In this document: piece after piece, positions 9,347 to 19,152 of the stretch
How positions within the stretch are numbered: position 1 is the first letter of the stretch
Layout: every line of letters starts with the position of its first letter
Origin: Candidatus Dormiibacterota bacterium
GTDB lineage: Bacteria > Chloroflexota > Dormibacteria > Aeolococcales > Aeolococcaceae
DNA length: 64,000 nt
NCBI GenBank assembly: GCA_963718525.1
Contig: OY970355.1
Coordinates: 1,952,001-2,016,000 of the forward strand
Direction: 5' to 3'
Made by a program: the position numbers and the translations under genes
The notes under the pieces: model-generated
Seen by the model: only the letters and a program-made list of their open reading frames with translations
What the model was told of the DNA's origin: nothing
Database searches by the model: none

Positions 9347-10789
9347 ATGAGCAAGCACGCAGTGGTGATCGCCGGAGGCGGTCCGACGGGAATGATGCTG
9401 GCGGCAGAGCTGACATTGGCGGGGACCGACGTCGTCATCGTCGAGCGGCGCGCCGGCTTCGAGCTGGAGAGCTCGCGCTCGCGAGGTCTGCACTCTCGCA
9501 CCATCGAAGTACTCGATCAGCGTGGCGTGGTTGATCGATTTCTCGCCGAGGGAAGGACAGCACAGGTGCAGGCATTCGGTGGAGTCCCGATGGACATAAG
9601 CGATTTCCCCACGCGCCACAACTACGGTATGGCGCTGTTGCAGAGCCACTTCGAGCGCATCATGTCGGGCTGGTTGGATGAGCTCGGCGTTCCCATCCTG
9701 CGCGAGCGCGAGGTGACCGGTTTCACGCAGGACGGCGGCGTCGTCGACGTTGCGCTCTCCGAGGGCACACCGCTGCGGGCGCAATATTTGGTGGGTTGCG
9801 ACGGGGGCCGCAGCGTTGTGCGCAAGGCGGCAGGCATCGATTTCGCGGGCTGGGATCCAACCACGTGCTGGATCATCGCCGAGGTCGAGATGGAGGAGCA
9901 GCCGGAATTCGGCCTGCGTGGCGGCGGCGGTATCGGTCCGGCGGAAGAAGGCCGCGTCGGCGTCACCCTGATCGAACCGGACGTGAACCCCACGGAGGAG
10001 CCCACGCTGGAGGATCTCCGCGCGGCGCTCATCCGCGTCGACGGAACGGACCACGGCGCGCACAACCCGCGCTTCATCTCTCGCTTTACCGACATGACGC
10101 GTCAGGCAGTGACCTATCGCAGCGGCCGCGTGCTGGTTGCGGGAGACGCGGCACACGTGCACGCCCCGATGGGAGGTCAGGGGTTGAACATCGGTGTGCA
10201 GGATGCGGTGAACCTGGGCTGGAAGCTGGCGCAGGTGGTCAACGGCACCTCACCCGCGAGCCTCCTGGACACGTATCACGCCGAACGTCACCCGGTTGGT
10301 GCGCGGGTGCTGCGGAACACCATGGCGCAGAGGGCACTCGGCGCATCGGACGACCGGTCCGTCGCGTTGCGCGACATGGTGGTGGACCTGCTGCGCATGG
10401 ACGAGCCACGCAGGCACATCGCCGCCATGATCGCTGGCCTCGACGTTGCGTATGACCTCGGCGACGGACATCCGCTCTTGGGGCGCCGCATGCCCGACCT
10501 CGATCTGGCGACTGCCGACGGTACCGTGCGAGTGTTCTCGTTGTTGCACGACACCAAGCCGGTGCTGCTGAACCTCGCTGACGCCGGCGGACTCGACATC
10601 GCAGCGTGGGCCGATGGAGTTCAGCTCGTCGATGCCTCGTATGCCGGCACGTGGGAGCTTCCGGTCATCGGCGAGGTCGGTGCACCGACCGCAGTGTTGG
10701 TGCGTCCCGATGGACACGTCGCCTGGGTTGGCGATGGCACTGATACTGGATTGCGGGACGCGCTGACTCGCTGGTTCGGATCACGGTGA
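9347..10789 (+). CDS. Class A FAD-dependent monooxygenase, rifampin monooxygenase (Rox)-like
   Basis: IAGGGPTG, SRSRGLH, LVGCDGGRS, AGDAAHVHAPMGGQGLNIGVQDA, LVRPDGHVAW; GGGAGG SD. Confidence 0.85.
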   Translation: MSKHAVVIAGGGPTGMMLAAELTLAGTDVVIVERRAGFELESSRSRGLHSRTIEVLDQRGVVDRFLAEGRTAQVQAFGGVPMDISDFPTRHNYGMALLQSHFERIMSGWLDELGVPILREREVTGFTQDGGVVDVALSEGTPLRAQYLVGCDGGRSVVRKAAGIDFAGWDPTTCWIIAEVEMEEQPEFGLRGGGGIGPAEEGRVGVTLIEPDVNPTEEPTLEDLRAALIRVDGTDHGAHNPRFISRFTDMTRQAVTYRSGRVLVAGDAAHVHAPMGGQGLNIGVQDAVNLGWKLAQVVNGTSPASLLDTYHAERHPVGARVLRNTMAQRALGASDDRSVALRDMVVDLLRMDEPRRHIAAMIAGLDVAYDLGDGHPLLGRRMPDLDLATADGTVRVFSLLHDTKPVLLNLADAGGLDIAAWADGVQLVDASYAGTWELPVIGEVGAPTAVLVRPDGHVAWVGDGTDTGLRDALTRWFGSR

Positions 10790-10918
10790 CGCGCCGGCTG
10801 GTGTGATTGCATCAGTGGGAGTCGGTATGAACGCATCTCGCGGATGGAGAGATGGTGGGTGAGCATGTGATCAGCGCCTCAATAGACAGCACGGCGCACA
10901 TATGGAGACGGATGGGGT

Positions 10919-11533
10919 ATGAATCAGAACACCTCGATCAGAGCGGCTCGGCGTCACTCGATACACATGGCGACTGGCATCGGCGCCGTTGGCGCATTCA
11001 TCATCTTCGGATCCATTCCGGCCGCCGCAGCCAGCGGAACACAGGTCGTGACCGGGTCAACATCGGGTGGCGTGCTCAGCATCTCCGCGCCGGGTGCGCT
11101 CACCCTGCCAACGCTGGTTGCCGGCAGCTCGACTGCGGCGACCAACCTCGGCAGTCTGAGCTGGACAGATACGATGAACGACGCGCTGGTCTCGAGTGTC
11201 ACCTTCGCCGCGACGAACCTGTGGCACGCAGCGGGGGCCGGCCTGTACATCCCGTGGGGAGATTTCACGATCACAGTCGACCCAACGCCCAGCCCCAATG
11301 CGATGAACACCGGTGCGGCAGCGGTGGTGCCGCCGGGGAGCCCGTACGTGCTCGCCGGAACCCCGACCACTGACTTCGGCACCTATTCCACGCCGATCAC
11401 CCTTGCCACCGCATCGGCGACGAGCGAGGGCACCTGGACCATGGCAACCAATCAGATCGTCGTCGCAGTCCCCGCGAACACGACGCCCGCCACGACCTTC
11501 ACGGCGACGCTCCAGTACAGCGTCACCGGGTAG
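10919..11533 (+). CDS. Secreted Thr/Ala-rich beta protein, WxL-like
   Basis: Signal peptide ending PAAAA; C-terminal VAVPANTT...FTATLQYSVTG resembles the WxL terminal strand; DUF916-like neighbour. Confidence 0.6.
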   Translation: MNQNTSIRAARRHSIHMATGIGAVGAFIIFGSIPAAAASGTQVVTGSTSGGVLSISAPGALTLPTLVAGSSTAATNLGSLSWTDTMNDALVSSVTFAATNLWHAAGAGLYIPWGDFTITVDPTPSPNAMNTGAAAVVPPGSPYVLAGTPTTDFGTYSTPITLATASATSEGTWTMATNQIVVAVPANTTPATTFTATLQYSVTG

Positions 11534-11753
11534 TCCCCCCATCGACCCCCACCCCCAAGGTGCCGGGCGATCGATCAGTCCCAACTGCACGGTCGTCCGG
11601 CCCTCCTCGCTCGCAAGCGGCAATCGGCGGGGTGACATGCGCTCCGCCTGGCTCATCCTGAGACATTCCGTCACAACTTGCCCTGCTTCGTGCCCCTTCG
11701 TGACGGCGAGGGCCGGGCAAGCGGGGTAGGCTCAGATCCGTTCCAAGGAAGAG

Positions 11754-12815
11754 ATGAGAAGCGAGCCATTCGTCCGGCCCACTACTACAGGACGCCTTCG
11801 CGCGGTGTTGATGCTCGGGAGCATCATCGCGGTGACGGCGCTCACTGTAAGGTCGCAGGAGACTGTGCATGCGGTCACAGCGTCGCCGGCCACGGCTCCG
11901 GCGCAACTCTTCGGCGTCCATCCCGTTCAGGAAGGGCGCACGACGCTGCCGGGAGGGCACTTCAACTTCGCGCTCGTGCCGGGGCAGCGCATCTCTGACG
12001 GAATCGTGGTGGAGAATTTCTCCAATCACATCCTGCATTTTCACGTGTACGGGGCAGATCTCCTCACGGCAACGGGCGGCGGCCAAACTCCCGCGCAGCC
12101 AACCGCTAAGATGCACGCGGTTGGCGCATGGATCGCTGTTTCGGTGACGACAATTGCCGTCGCCGCACACAGCCAGGCCACCGACACGTTCACGCTGACG
12201 GTACCCATCGTGGTTTCGTCCGGCCAGCATCTCGGGGCTGTCGTGGCGGCGGCCAGTGTTGGTGTGACACCGCAAGGGAATCCGATCGAGGCGCGCGCGG
12301 CGTTGATCGCAGTGGTCACCGTGCCCGGCGTCGCTCGCTCATCGGCAGGTCTCACGCCGTTGGTCGGATCGGCTGCCACGGCGGGACAGGTTGGGTTTGG
12401 CATCACGATCTCGAACAGCGGTAACGTGCTGCTGACGTACGCGGGCGTGCTCGTGATCGACGATGCCGCCGGGCATCGTCTCGCCACCCTTCAGCTCACC
12501 CCCACCAACACATATGTCGTACCGAGCGGTCACGTACCACTCGCCGCGATCTGGAGGGAACCTGCTGAGCTGGCTGCAATGTACCGAGCTCAAGCCGTCG
12601 TCACCGTTTTCGACAACGGACAACGAGTTCGTACGCTGACCTCGCAATCCATCGCTCTGCGGTTGTCACCCAGTGTTCCGGCGTTTGTCCCCGTCGGTCT
12701 TGGCATGGCGCTGGCGGCGATGATCCTTCTCGCGGTGTGGATCGTGCGTCGTGTCGCAGGACGGCGCGACAGCACGGTCGCGCGACATCGCCGACTTGGG
12801 ATCGGCAGCCCATGA
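11754..12815 (+). CDS. DUF916/DUF3324-like (WxL-interacting) surface protein with C-terminal membrane anchor
   Basis: Signal peptide; PGQRISDGIVVEN, VYGAD, VGAWI, FTLTVP, HLGAVVA; ISNSGNV; C-terminal TM helix plus basic tail. Confidence 0.7.
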   Translation: MRSEPFVRPTTTGRLRAVLMLGSIIAVTALTVRSQETVHAVTASPATAPAQLFGVHPVQEGRTTLPGGHFNFALVPGQRISDGIVVENFSNHILHFHVYGADLLTATGGGQTPAQPTAKMHAVGAWIAVSVTTIAVAAHSQATDTFTLTVPIVVSSGQHLGAVVAAASVGVTPQGNPIEARAALIAVVTVPGVARSSAGLTPLVGSAATAGQVGFGITISNSGNVLLTYAGVLVIDDAAGHRLATLQLTPTNTYVVPSGHVPLAAIWREPAELAAMYRAQAVVTVFDNGQRVRTLTSQSIALRLSPSVPAFVPVGLGMALAAMILLAVWIVRRVAGRRDSTVARHRRLGIGSP

Positions 12816-12830
12816 TCCAAACCACTTCGA

Positions 12831-14621
12831 TTGAGAGAGGCGCTCGAGTCACCTCGAACTCGACGACCCGATGGCGGTGCGCACGCAGCCACGGCGAGGC
12901 TTGACCGTCCGACGGTGCTTGTTGTCGATGACAACTCGGGGATGCGCGATGCGGCCGAGCGCATCCTGAAACGGGCCCGCTACCGAGTTGTGCAGGCGGC
13001 AAGCGCCGGAGAGGCGCGGTTAGCGTGGATTGCACACCACCCCGAGGTCGCACTTGTCGATCTCGAGCTCGGTGGCGAATCGGGATCGGTGCTGCTCGAC
13101 GAGACGTGGGTGCGAGATCTCGACACCGCCATCGTCGTGTTCACCGGATCGGACGACGTCGACGTGGCGAACCAATCCTTTGAAAACGGGGCCTCGGGTT
13201 ACGTGGTCAAGCCGTTCACACCCAACGAACTCCTCATGCAGGTCAGCAGTGCGCTGCGCCGCCGTCATCTCGAGCGGGCGGTCGCAGACCACGTGCGGGA
13301 GCTCGAGCGCAAGGTCATCGAGAGCGCGACGGGCATCAGCGACCTGAGGAGGCGCCTGGAGACCGCGACGTCGGGATCGCTCGACGACGAGCAACTCGTA
13401 CAACATCTGTGCTCTGCGGTGTGCCTTCGCGACGGTGACCTTGGCCGCCACATCGAGCGAGTGAGCGTGACCGCGGCGGCGCTCGCTGACTGGTGCGGAT
13501 TTGTGGTCGATCCCGCGCCCGCCATTCGCCTCGCTGCGGCGCTCCACGACGTCGGCAAGATCGGCATCCCTGACTGGGTGCTGCTCAAGCCGGGACGGCT
13601 GACCCCCGACGAGCGGACGATCATCGAGCGGCATTGCGAGCTGGGTCACGCGCTGTTGAGCGGCTCGAGCAGCCCCATCCTGGTTCTTGCGGCGTCGGTA
13701 GCGCTCAATCACCATGAACGTTGGGACGGCAACGGGTATCCGAACCGCCGCAGCGGTGACGACATACCCCTTGAAGCGCGCATCACCGCGGTGGCGGATG
13801 TCTTTGACGCGCTCACCCGCGACCGCGTGTATCGAGCGGCCCTTCCCGTTGACACGGCGATCGACGTCATGCTCCGCGATCGAGGCGGCCTCTTCGATCC
13901 GAGGCTGCTGGATCTCTTCCTTGATCGTCTTGACGACGTATTGGATCTGACGAAGACGCTTCCCGATCTTGAGGTCGCGCGTGTCACGCGCCTTGTCATC
14001 GCCGGCGATGAGCCCGTTCTCGTCGAAGGTTTGTTCCGCCTGATGAACCGGAGAGGCGAGACGCGTGTGATCGGGAGCGGACAGACGTGGGATGAGGCGC
14101 TGGAAGCCGTCCGAAGCCTCCGTCCTGACGTGTTGCTGGCCGACTACCGGCTGCCCGGCGGTGACGCCGCAGCCTTGACCGAGGTCGTGCTCGCTGAGCA
14201 TCCCGAGACCAAGGTGATCGTGCGCATTGACACCACGGCGCAGGAGGCCGCACTGCGATGCGTCGCGGCTGGGTGCTCGGGAGTGATCTCCAAGACCGCA
14301 CCGGTGGATGACGTTGCGAGGGCGATTCGGCGTGTCCATGACGGCGAGTTGGTGATCCCTGCCGAACTGCTCCCCCAGGTGGTTTCGGGGCTGCGTCGCA
14401 TGGGACACCGTGTCGGGGAAGACATGACGCGTCGAGAGAGCGAGCTGCTGGGACATCTGGCACGCGGCCTCTCGCTGATTGACATCGCGTCGGCCATGTC
14501 CATCAGCATGAACACCGCACGCAACCACACACAACGCGTGATCGAGAAGTTGGGTGCGCACTCCAAGCTCGAGGCCGTCGTCATCGCCATGCGGGAGGGA
14601 CTGGACGTGGCACCGAAATGA
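12831..14621 (+). CDS. Multidomain response regulator REC + HD-GYP + REC + LuxR HTH
   Basis: VLVVDDN..LVD..VKPF; LHDVGKIGIPD and HHERWDGNGYP; second receiver DVLLADYRLPG; TRRESELL...SISMNTARNH HTH; start uncertain. Confidence 0.85.
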   Translation: MREALESPRTRRPDGGAHAATARLDRPTVLVVDDNSGMRDAAERILKRARYRVVQAASAGEARLAWIAHHPEVALVDLELGGESGSVLLDETWVRDLDTAIVVFTGSDDVDVANQSFENGASGYVVKPFTPNELLMQVSSALRRRHLERAVADHVRELERKVIESATGISDLRRRLETATSGSLDDEQLVQHLCSAVCLRDGDLGRHIERVSVTAAALADWCGFVVDPAPAIRLAAALHDVGKIGIPDWVLLKPGRLTPDERTIIERHCELGHALLSGSSSPILVLAASVALNHHERWDGNGYPNRRSGDDIPLEARITAVADVFDALTRDRVYRAALPVDTAIDVMLRDRGGLFDPRLLDLFLDRLDDVLDLTKTLPDLEVARVTRLVIAGDEPVLVEGLFRLMNRRGETRVIGSGQTWDEALEAVRSLRPDVLLADYRLPGGDAAALTEVVLAEHPETKVIVRIDTTAQEAALRCVAAGCSGVISKTAPVDDVARAIRRVHDGELVIPAELLPQVVSGLRRMGHRVGEDMTRRESELLGHLARGLSLIDIASAMSISMNTARNHTQRVIEKLGAHSKLEAVVIAMREGLDVAPK

Positions 14622-16555
14622 CCAAGGGCGAACCTCTTGTCGACGCGCAACTTGCAGGCTTTCTTGAGATGGTCCCTGGCGCGATTCTCTGCGTCGTTAG
14701 CAATGGAGCAATCGTGTGCGCCAACGCCGCGGCTGCAGGGCTCTTCGGTTACGAGCGCGGCGCGTTGATGAACGTCCAGGTTGAGCTCCTCTTGAAGCGG
14801 TCATACAGCGAACTCGTTTCCCGGCAGGAATCCGCCACGCAGCTGGCAGCTCGTCGCAAGGATGGTGTGGAGTTTGCTGCCGAGGTCTTGGTGACGTTGA
14901 CGCAGGTCGATGGGCGACCGGTTGTGACGATCGCTCTTCGAGACGTCAGCGAGCGAGGACGCGACCATGCGACGTTTCGCGGGGTGGTCGAGGGATCCGA
15001 CGACGCGGCCGTCGCAATGGACAGTGGCGGACGGATAGCCCGCGTCAACGCAGAAGCCGAGGAGTTGTTCGGATATGCGAGCAGCGAACTCATCGATCAC
15101 AGCATCGACATGCTGGTGCCGCAGACTTCGCAGAGCATCACTGCCCCGGTAGGATCGCGCCGGGGTCCAGGTCAGGCGTCCGAGCCGCTCGAGGTTGGGT
15201 CGCCGCTCGAGGGGCGGCGAAAGGACGGTTCAGAGTTCCCCGTGGAGATCTCCCTCTCGGCGCTCGAGACCAGCGACGGCCCGCTGATCTCAGCGGCAAT
15301 CCGCGATGCGAGCGATCGCACGGTAACCCGCCGTGAGGAGGATCGGGCCAAGATCCAACGTTCGCGCGACCTCCTCGAGACGCGTCTCCACCAGTCCCAC
15401 CAACTCGAGAGCCTCGGTCAGCTGGCCGGCGGCGTTGCGCACGACTTCAACAATCTTCTGGCCGCGATCCTGAACTACTCCGCGTTCGTGTCCGATGGGA
15501 TTGAAGCGGAGCTCGAGACGCGTCCGGTCGATGCACGCGTGAACCTCACTGCTGTGCTGAGCGACGTCGCGCAGATCGGGGCGGCAGCGGAGCGAGCGGC
15601 CGGGCTCACCCATCAACTGCTCTCCTTTGCTCGGAGAGAGGTGAGAAATCTCGAGGTTCTCGACATCAACGATATCGTCGGAGAGGTCGAGACCCTGCTG
15701 CGCCGAACCATTGGGGAGCACGTGACCCTGGTGACCCGCGGTGCGCCGGACCTCAAGGCGGTACGGGCTGATCGGGGGCAGATCGAACAGATTCTTCTCA
15801 ACCTGGCGGTGAACGCACGCGACGCGATGCCAAATGGCGGGACGCTGAGCGTCGCGACCGAGAACTTCACGGTCGATGAAGAGTATTCAGCCCTCCATCC
15901 GGTGGTCGAAGCCGGATCATACGTACGGCTGCGCGTCACCGACACGGGCGCAGGAATGGATCGTGAAACGCTCGATCAGGCGTTCGAGCCGTTCTTCAGC
16001 ACCAAGGCCAAGGACAAGGGAACCGGGCTCGGTCTCGCAACCGTGTACGGAATTGTGAGTCAGATGGCGGGGCTGGTGGAACTCGATTCGAAGGCGGGTG
16101 CGGGCACCAGCGTTACGATCCTCTTGCCGACCGTCGTCACGGCAGTCACGGAGCCCGTGCCGCCGCGACACGTCACCGTGCATCAAGCCGGGGAAACCGT
16201 TCTCGTGGTCGAGGATGAGGAACCGGTCCTCGACGTGACGAGCCGGATTCTGGCGCAGCATGGCTATCACGTCCTGGTGGCACGGAGCGGAGCGGAAGCA
16301 TTTGCAGTGCTCGAGGATCATTCGGGGTCGATCGATCTCCTGCTCACGGACGTCGTCATGCCGGGGATCACCGGAAAAGAGATCGCAGAGAGGGTTTCCG
16401 AGCTGCGCCCCGCGATTCGCGTGCTCTACATGTCCGGTTACCCCGAGTTGGTGGTCGCGTCACAGGGCGTCGTTGGTCAGGGAATTCGCCTGCTGTCCAA
16501 GCCCTTCAAGGCATTGGAGCTGTTGGACCGCGTGCGCGCGGTCCTCGACGCCTGA
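14618..16555 (+). CDS. PAS-PAS hybrid sensor histidine kinase with C-terminal receiver
   Basis: Two RRKDG PAS/PAC motifs; AGGVAHDFNN, LNLAVNARDAM, DTGAGM, FEPFFSTK, GTGLGL; LLTDVVMPG. Confidence 0.92.
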   Translation: MTKGEPLVDAQLAGFLEMVPGAILCVVSNGAIVCANAAAAGLFGYERGALMNVQVELLLKRSYSELVSRQESATQLAARRKDGVEFAAEVLVTLTQVDGRPVVTIALRDVSERGRDHATFRGVVEGSDDAAVAMDSGGRIARVNAEAEELFGYASSELIDHSIDMLVPQTSQSITAPVGSRRGPGQASEPLEVGSPLEGRRKDGSEFPVEISLSALETSDGPLISAAIRDASDRTVTRREEDRAKIQRSRDLLETRLHQSHQLESLGQLAGGVAHDFNNLLAAILNYSAFVSDGIEAELETRPVDARVNLTAVLSDVAQIGAAAERAAGLTHQLLSFARREVRNLEVLDINDIVGEVETLLRRTIGEHVTLVTRGAPDLKAVRADRGQIEQILLNLAVNARDAMPNGGTLSVATENFTVDEEYSALHPVVEAGSYVRLRVTDTGAGMDRETLDQAFEPFFSTKAKDKGTGLGLATVYGIVSQMAGLVELDSKAGAGTSVTILLPTVVTAVTEPVPPRHVTVHQAGETVLVVEDEEPVLDVTSRILAQHGYHVLVARSGAEAFAVLEDHSGSIDLLLTDVVMPGITGKEIAERVSELRPAIRVLYMSGYPELVVASQGVVGQGIRLLSKPFKALELLDRVRAVLDA

Positions 16556-16608
16556 CCATCTCGGGCACGTTCCGAAGAGGACCGGGGAGCTGAGCGCACC
16601 CGCGGGGA

Positions 16609-16662
16609 TTGACACGCGGCTAGTCAGTGCTACTATGTACCAGTAGTCAGTGGCGCTGAGTA
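16609..16662 (+). promoter_or_regulatory. Sigma70 promoter with two probable PadR operators
   Basis: TTGACA 16609-16614; TGc-TACTAT 16628-16636; TAGTCAGTG repeated at 16621 and 16644, the second within the imperfect palindrome TAGTCAG-N5-CTGAGTA. Confidence 0.7.
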
Positions 16663-16676
16663 GCTGAGGAGGTTCC

Positions 16677-17006
16677 GTGGGCAGGCAGATGACGGAGATG
16701 CTCAAGGGCACGCTTGAAGGCATCGTCCTCGCGATCCTGTCTGTGCGTTCGGCCCACGGGTACGAGATCACGGCACGATTGCGGGAGCAGGGCTTCACCG
16801 ACATCGCCGAAGGCACGGTCTACGCCCTGCTGGTCAGGTTCGAGCAGAAGAGCCTCGTCGACGTCCAGAAGACCCCGTCGGAGAAGGGGCCGCCGCGCAA
16901 GGTGTATTCGCTCAACGCGCAGGGGCAGGAATACCTCGAGGAGTTCTGGAAGACGTGGGCCTTCCTCGCCGAACAACTCGAACAGCTGCATGAAGGAGGC
17001 ACGTGA
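16677..17006 (+). CDS. PadR-family transcriptional regulator
   Basis: MLKGTLEGIVL, HGYEI, EGTVYALL, GPPRKVYSLN; GAGGAGG SD. Confidence 0.92.
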   Translation: MGRQMTEMLKGTLEGIVLAILSVRSAHGYEITARLREQGFTDIAEGTVYALLVRFEQKSLVDVQKTPSEKGPPRKVYSLNAQGQEYLEEFWKTWAFLAEQLEQLHEGGT

Positions 17007-17398
17007 CGATGTCTGATCTTGAAAGGAGCGGCTTCATCTCGAAGGTGATCGGCGAGAAGCGGCAATGGCGGCAGCACAAAGCGCGCACGCGACAGCTTCC
17101 CGCGGGCTATCGCACGGCGGTCGAGGCCCTCGAGCGGTACCTGATGTACGCCGGGCCGGGGGGCGACGGCGCCGCCGCGGCCTCAATGTTCGAGGACCTC
17201 CTCGACTTGTTCGAGCAGAGCGCGGCGAACCAGACCCCGATCCGGGAGATTGTCGGGGAGGACCCCGTGGAGTTCCTCGAGGCCTTCGTTCGAAACTACC
17301 CGAACGGGCAGTGGAGAACCCGGGAGCGGGACCGGCTGACCCGCGCCATCGAGCGTGCCGAGGGAGAAACCACCGGAACCGAAGAGATATCCCGATGA
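17003..17398 (+). CDS. DUF1048 family protein
   Basis: EKRQWR...LLDLFEQSAA...IREIVGEDPVEF; usual position between PadR and ABC genes. Confidence 0.85.
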   Translation: MTMSDLERSGFISKVIGEKRQWRQHKARTRQLPAGYRTAVEALERYLMYAGPGGDGAAAASMFEDLLDLFEQSAANQTPIREIVGEDPVEFLEAFVRNYPNGQWRTRERDRLTRAIERAEGETTGTEEISR

Positions 17399-18204
17399 CG
17401 ACGCAGGCCGCTCAGGCGATCCAGGTGCAGGGCCTGGCGAAGTCGTACAAGAAGCTCGAGGTGCTGCGTGGCGTGGACTTCGACGTGGCGCGGGGCAGCA
17501 TTTTCGCCCTGCTCGGCTCGAACGGGGCGGGCAAGACCACGATCGTGAAAATCCTGTCCACCCTGCTCAAGGCTGATGCGGGCGCTGCCAGCGTCAACGG
17601 CTTCGATGTCGCCACGCGGGCTGCGGACGTGCGGGAGTCCATCAGTCTCACCGGACAGTTCGCGGCCGTCGACGAGATCCTCAGCGGTCGCGAGAACCTC
17701 GTGCTGGTCGCCAAGTTGCGGCACCTCAAGGACCCTGGCGCGATTGCCGATGCGCTGCTCGAGCGCTTCTCATTGACCGACGCGGCCGCGCGGAAGGTGT
17801 CGACGTTTTCGGGTGGCATGCGCCGCCGCCTCGACATCGCGATGAGCCTCATTGGCGATCCGCAGGTCATCTTTCTCGACGAGCCGACGGCCGGGCTCGA
17901 CCCCCAGGGACGCATCGACGTGTGGCGGGCCGTCAAGGAGCTCGCAGAGCACGGCACGACGGTGCTGCTCACGACGCAGTATCTGGACGAGGCCGAACAG
18001 CTCGCCGACCGGATCGCGATCCTCCACGGGGGCCGGATCATCGTCAACGGCACGCTCTCCGAGCTCAAGCGACTGCTCCCGCCCGCCAGGGTCGAATACA
18101 TCGAGAAGCAGCCCACCCTCGAAGACGTGTTCTTCGCAATCGTCGGTGAGAACGGCAATGACGCCAACGCCGGCAATCACCGCAGCGCCGGCACGAACGA
18201 GTAA
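17395..18204 (+). CDS. ABC exporter ATP-binding subunit (DrrA-like)
   Basis: GSNGAGKT, FSGGMRRR, IFLDEPT; ATGA-coupled start at 17395. Confidence 0.93.
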   Translation: MTTQAAQAIQVQGLAKSYKKLEVLRGVDFDVARGSIFALLGSNGAGKTTIVKILSTLLKADAGAASVNGFDVATRAADVRESISLTGQFAAVDEILSGRENLVLVAKLRHLKDPGAIADALLERFSLTDAAARKVSTFSGGMRRRLDIAMSLIGDPQVIFLDEPTAGLDPQGRIDVWRAVKELAEHGTTVLLTTQYLDEAEQLADRIAILHGGRIIVNGTLSELKRLLPPARVEYIEKQPTLEDVFFAIVGENGNDANAGNHRSAGTNE

Positions 18205-18213
18205 GGAACCACG

Positions 18214-18975
18214 ATGACCAGGCATTTCTTCGGCGACACTGCCGTCCTGGCTGGCAGATCCCTGCGCCATATCGCGCGCAGCGTGGACACCATCATCACG
18301 ACCACGATCATGCCGATCGCCTTCATGCTGCTGTTCGTCTACGTGTTCGGCGGCGCGATCAAATCAGGATCCGACTCGTACGTGAGCTACCTGCTTCCCG
18401 GCATTCTGATCATCACGATTGCCTCGGGCATCTCGTACACCGCATTCCGGCTCTTCCTGGATATGAAGAGCGGCATCTTCGAGCGATTCCAGTCGATGCC
18501 GATCGCACGGTCGTCCGTGCTGTGGGCGCACGTGCTGACCTCGCTGGTCGCCAACCTGATCTCGCTCGTGGTCGTCATGCTCGTCGCCCTCCTCATGGGC
18601 TTCCGCTCGGGCGCGGGACTGCCGGCGTGGCTCGCGGTCGCCGGCATCCTCATCCTGTTCACGCTGGCGTTGACGTGGATCGCCGTCATCCCTGGTCTCT
18701 CCGCGAAGTCCGCGGACGGCGCGAGCGCGTTCGCCTACCCGCTCATCTTTCTGCCGTTCATCAGCTCGGCATTCGTTCCCACCAAGACCATGCCCGGCCC
18801 GGTGCGCGCCTTCGCCGAGCACCAGCCGGTGACGTCCATCGTCAACGCCATCCGCGAACTGTTCGCACAGCAGCCCGTCGGCGCCGACATCTGGGTTGCG
18901 CTTGCCTGGTGTGTCGGCATCCTCATCGTCGCCTACCTCTTCGCGATGGGCATCTACCGCCGCAGGATCTCGTAG
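18214..18975 (+). CDS. ABC-2 type permease (DrrB-like)
   Basis: About six TM segments, YLLPGIL, SSAFVP..MP, HQPVT. Confidence 0.9.
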   Translation: MTRHFFGDTAVLAGRSLRHIARSVDTIITTTIMPIAFMLLFVYVFGGAIKSGSDSYVSYLLPGILIITIASGISYTAFRLFLDMKSGIFERFQSMPIARSSVLWAHVLTSLVANLISLVVVMLVALLMGFRSGAGLPAWLAVAGILILFTLALTWIAVIPGLSAKSADGASAFAYPLIFLPFISSAFVPTKTMPGPVRAFAEHQPVTSIVNAIRELFAQQPVGADIWVALAWCVGILIVAYLFAMGIYRRRIS

Positions 18976-19152
18976 TCCGGCAGCGTGTGGCAGTGCTGGG
19001 CTTCGCGCATCGTTGCTGGGTCCATGGCGGCAATACCGGGCATCGACACCCTATCGAGACAGATTCCCTCCTGTCGGGATCTCTCGAGCTCTCCGGGTTC
19101 GGAATCGTGCCGACCGATCACGCACGCATGAACGTCACGTCCCCGCCGAAGT

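Noticed and set aside
19066-19079. 13-mer CCTCCTGTCGGGA near tRNA-Gly that recurs upstream of tRNA-His (about 63737)
   Set aside because: Matches of this length are expected by chance in 64 kb of high-GC DNA, and it is not a tRNA 3'-end att core
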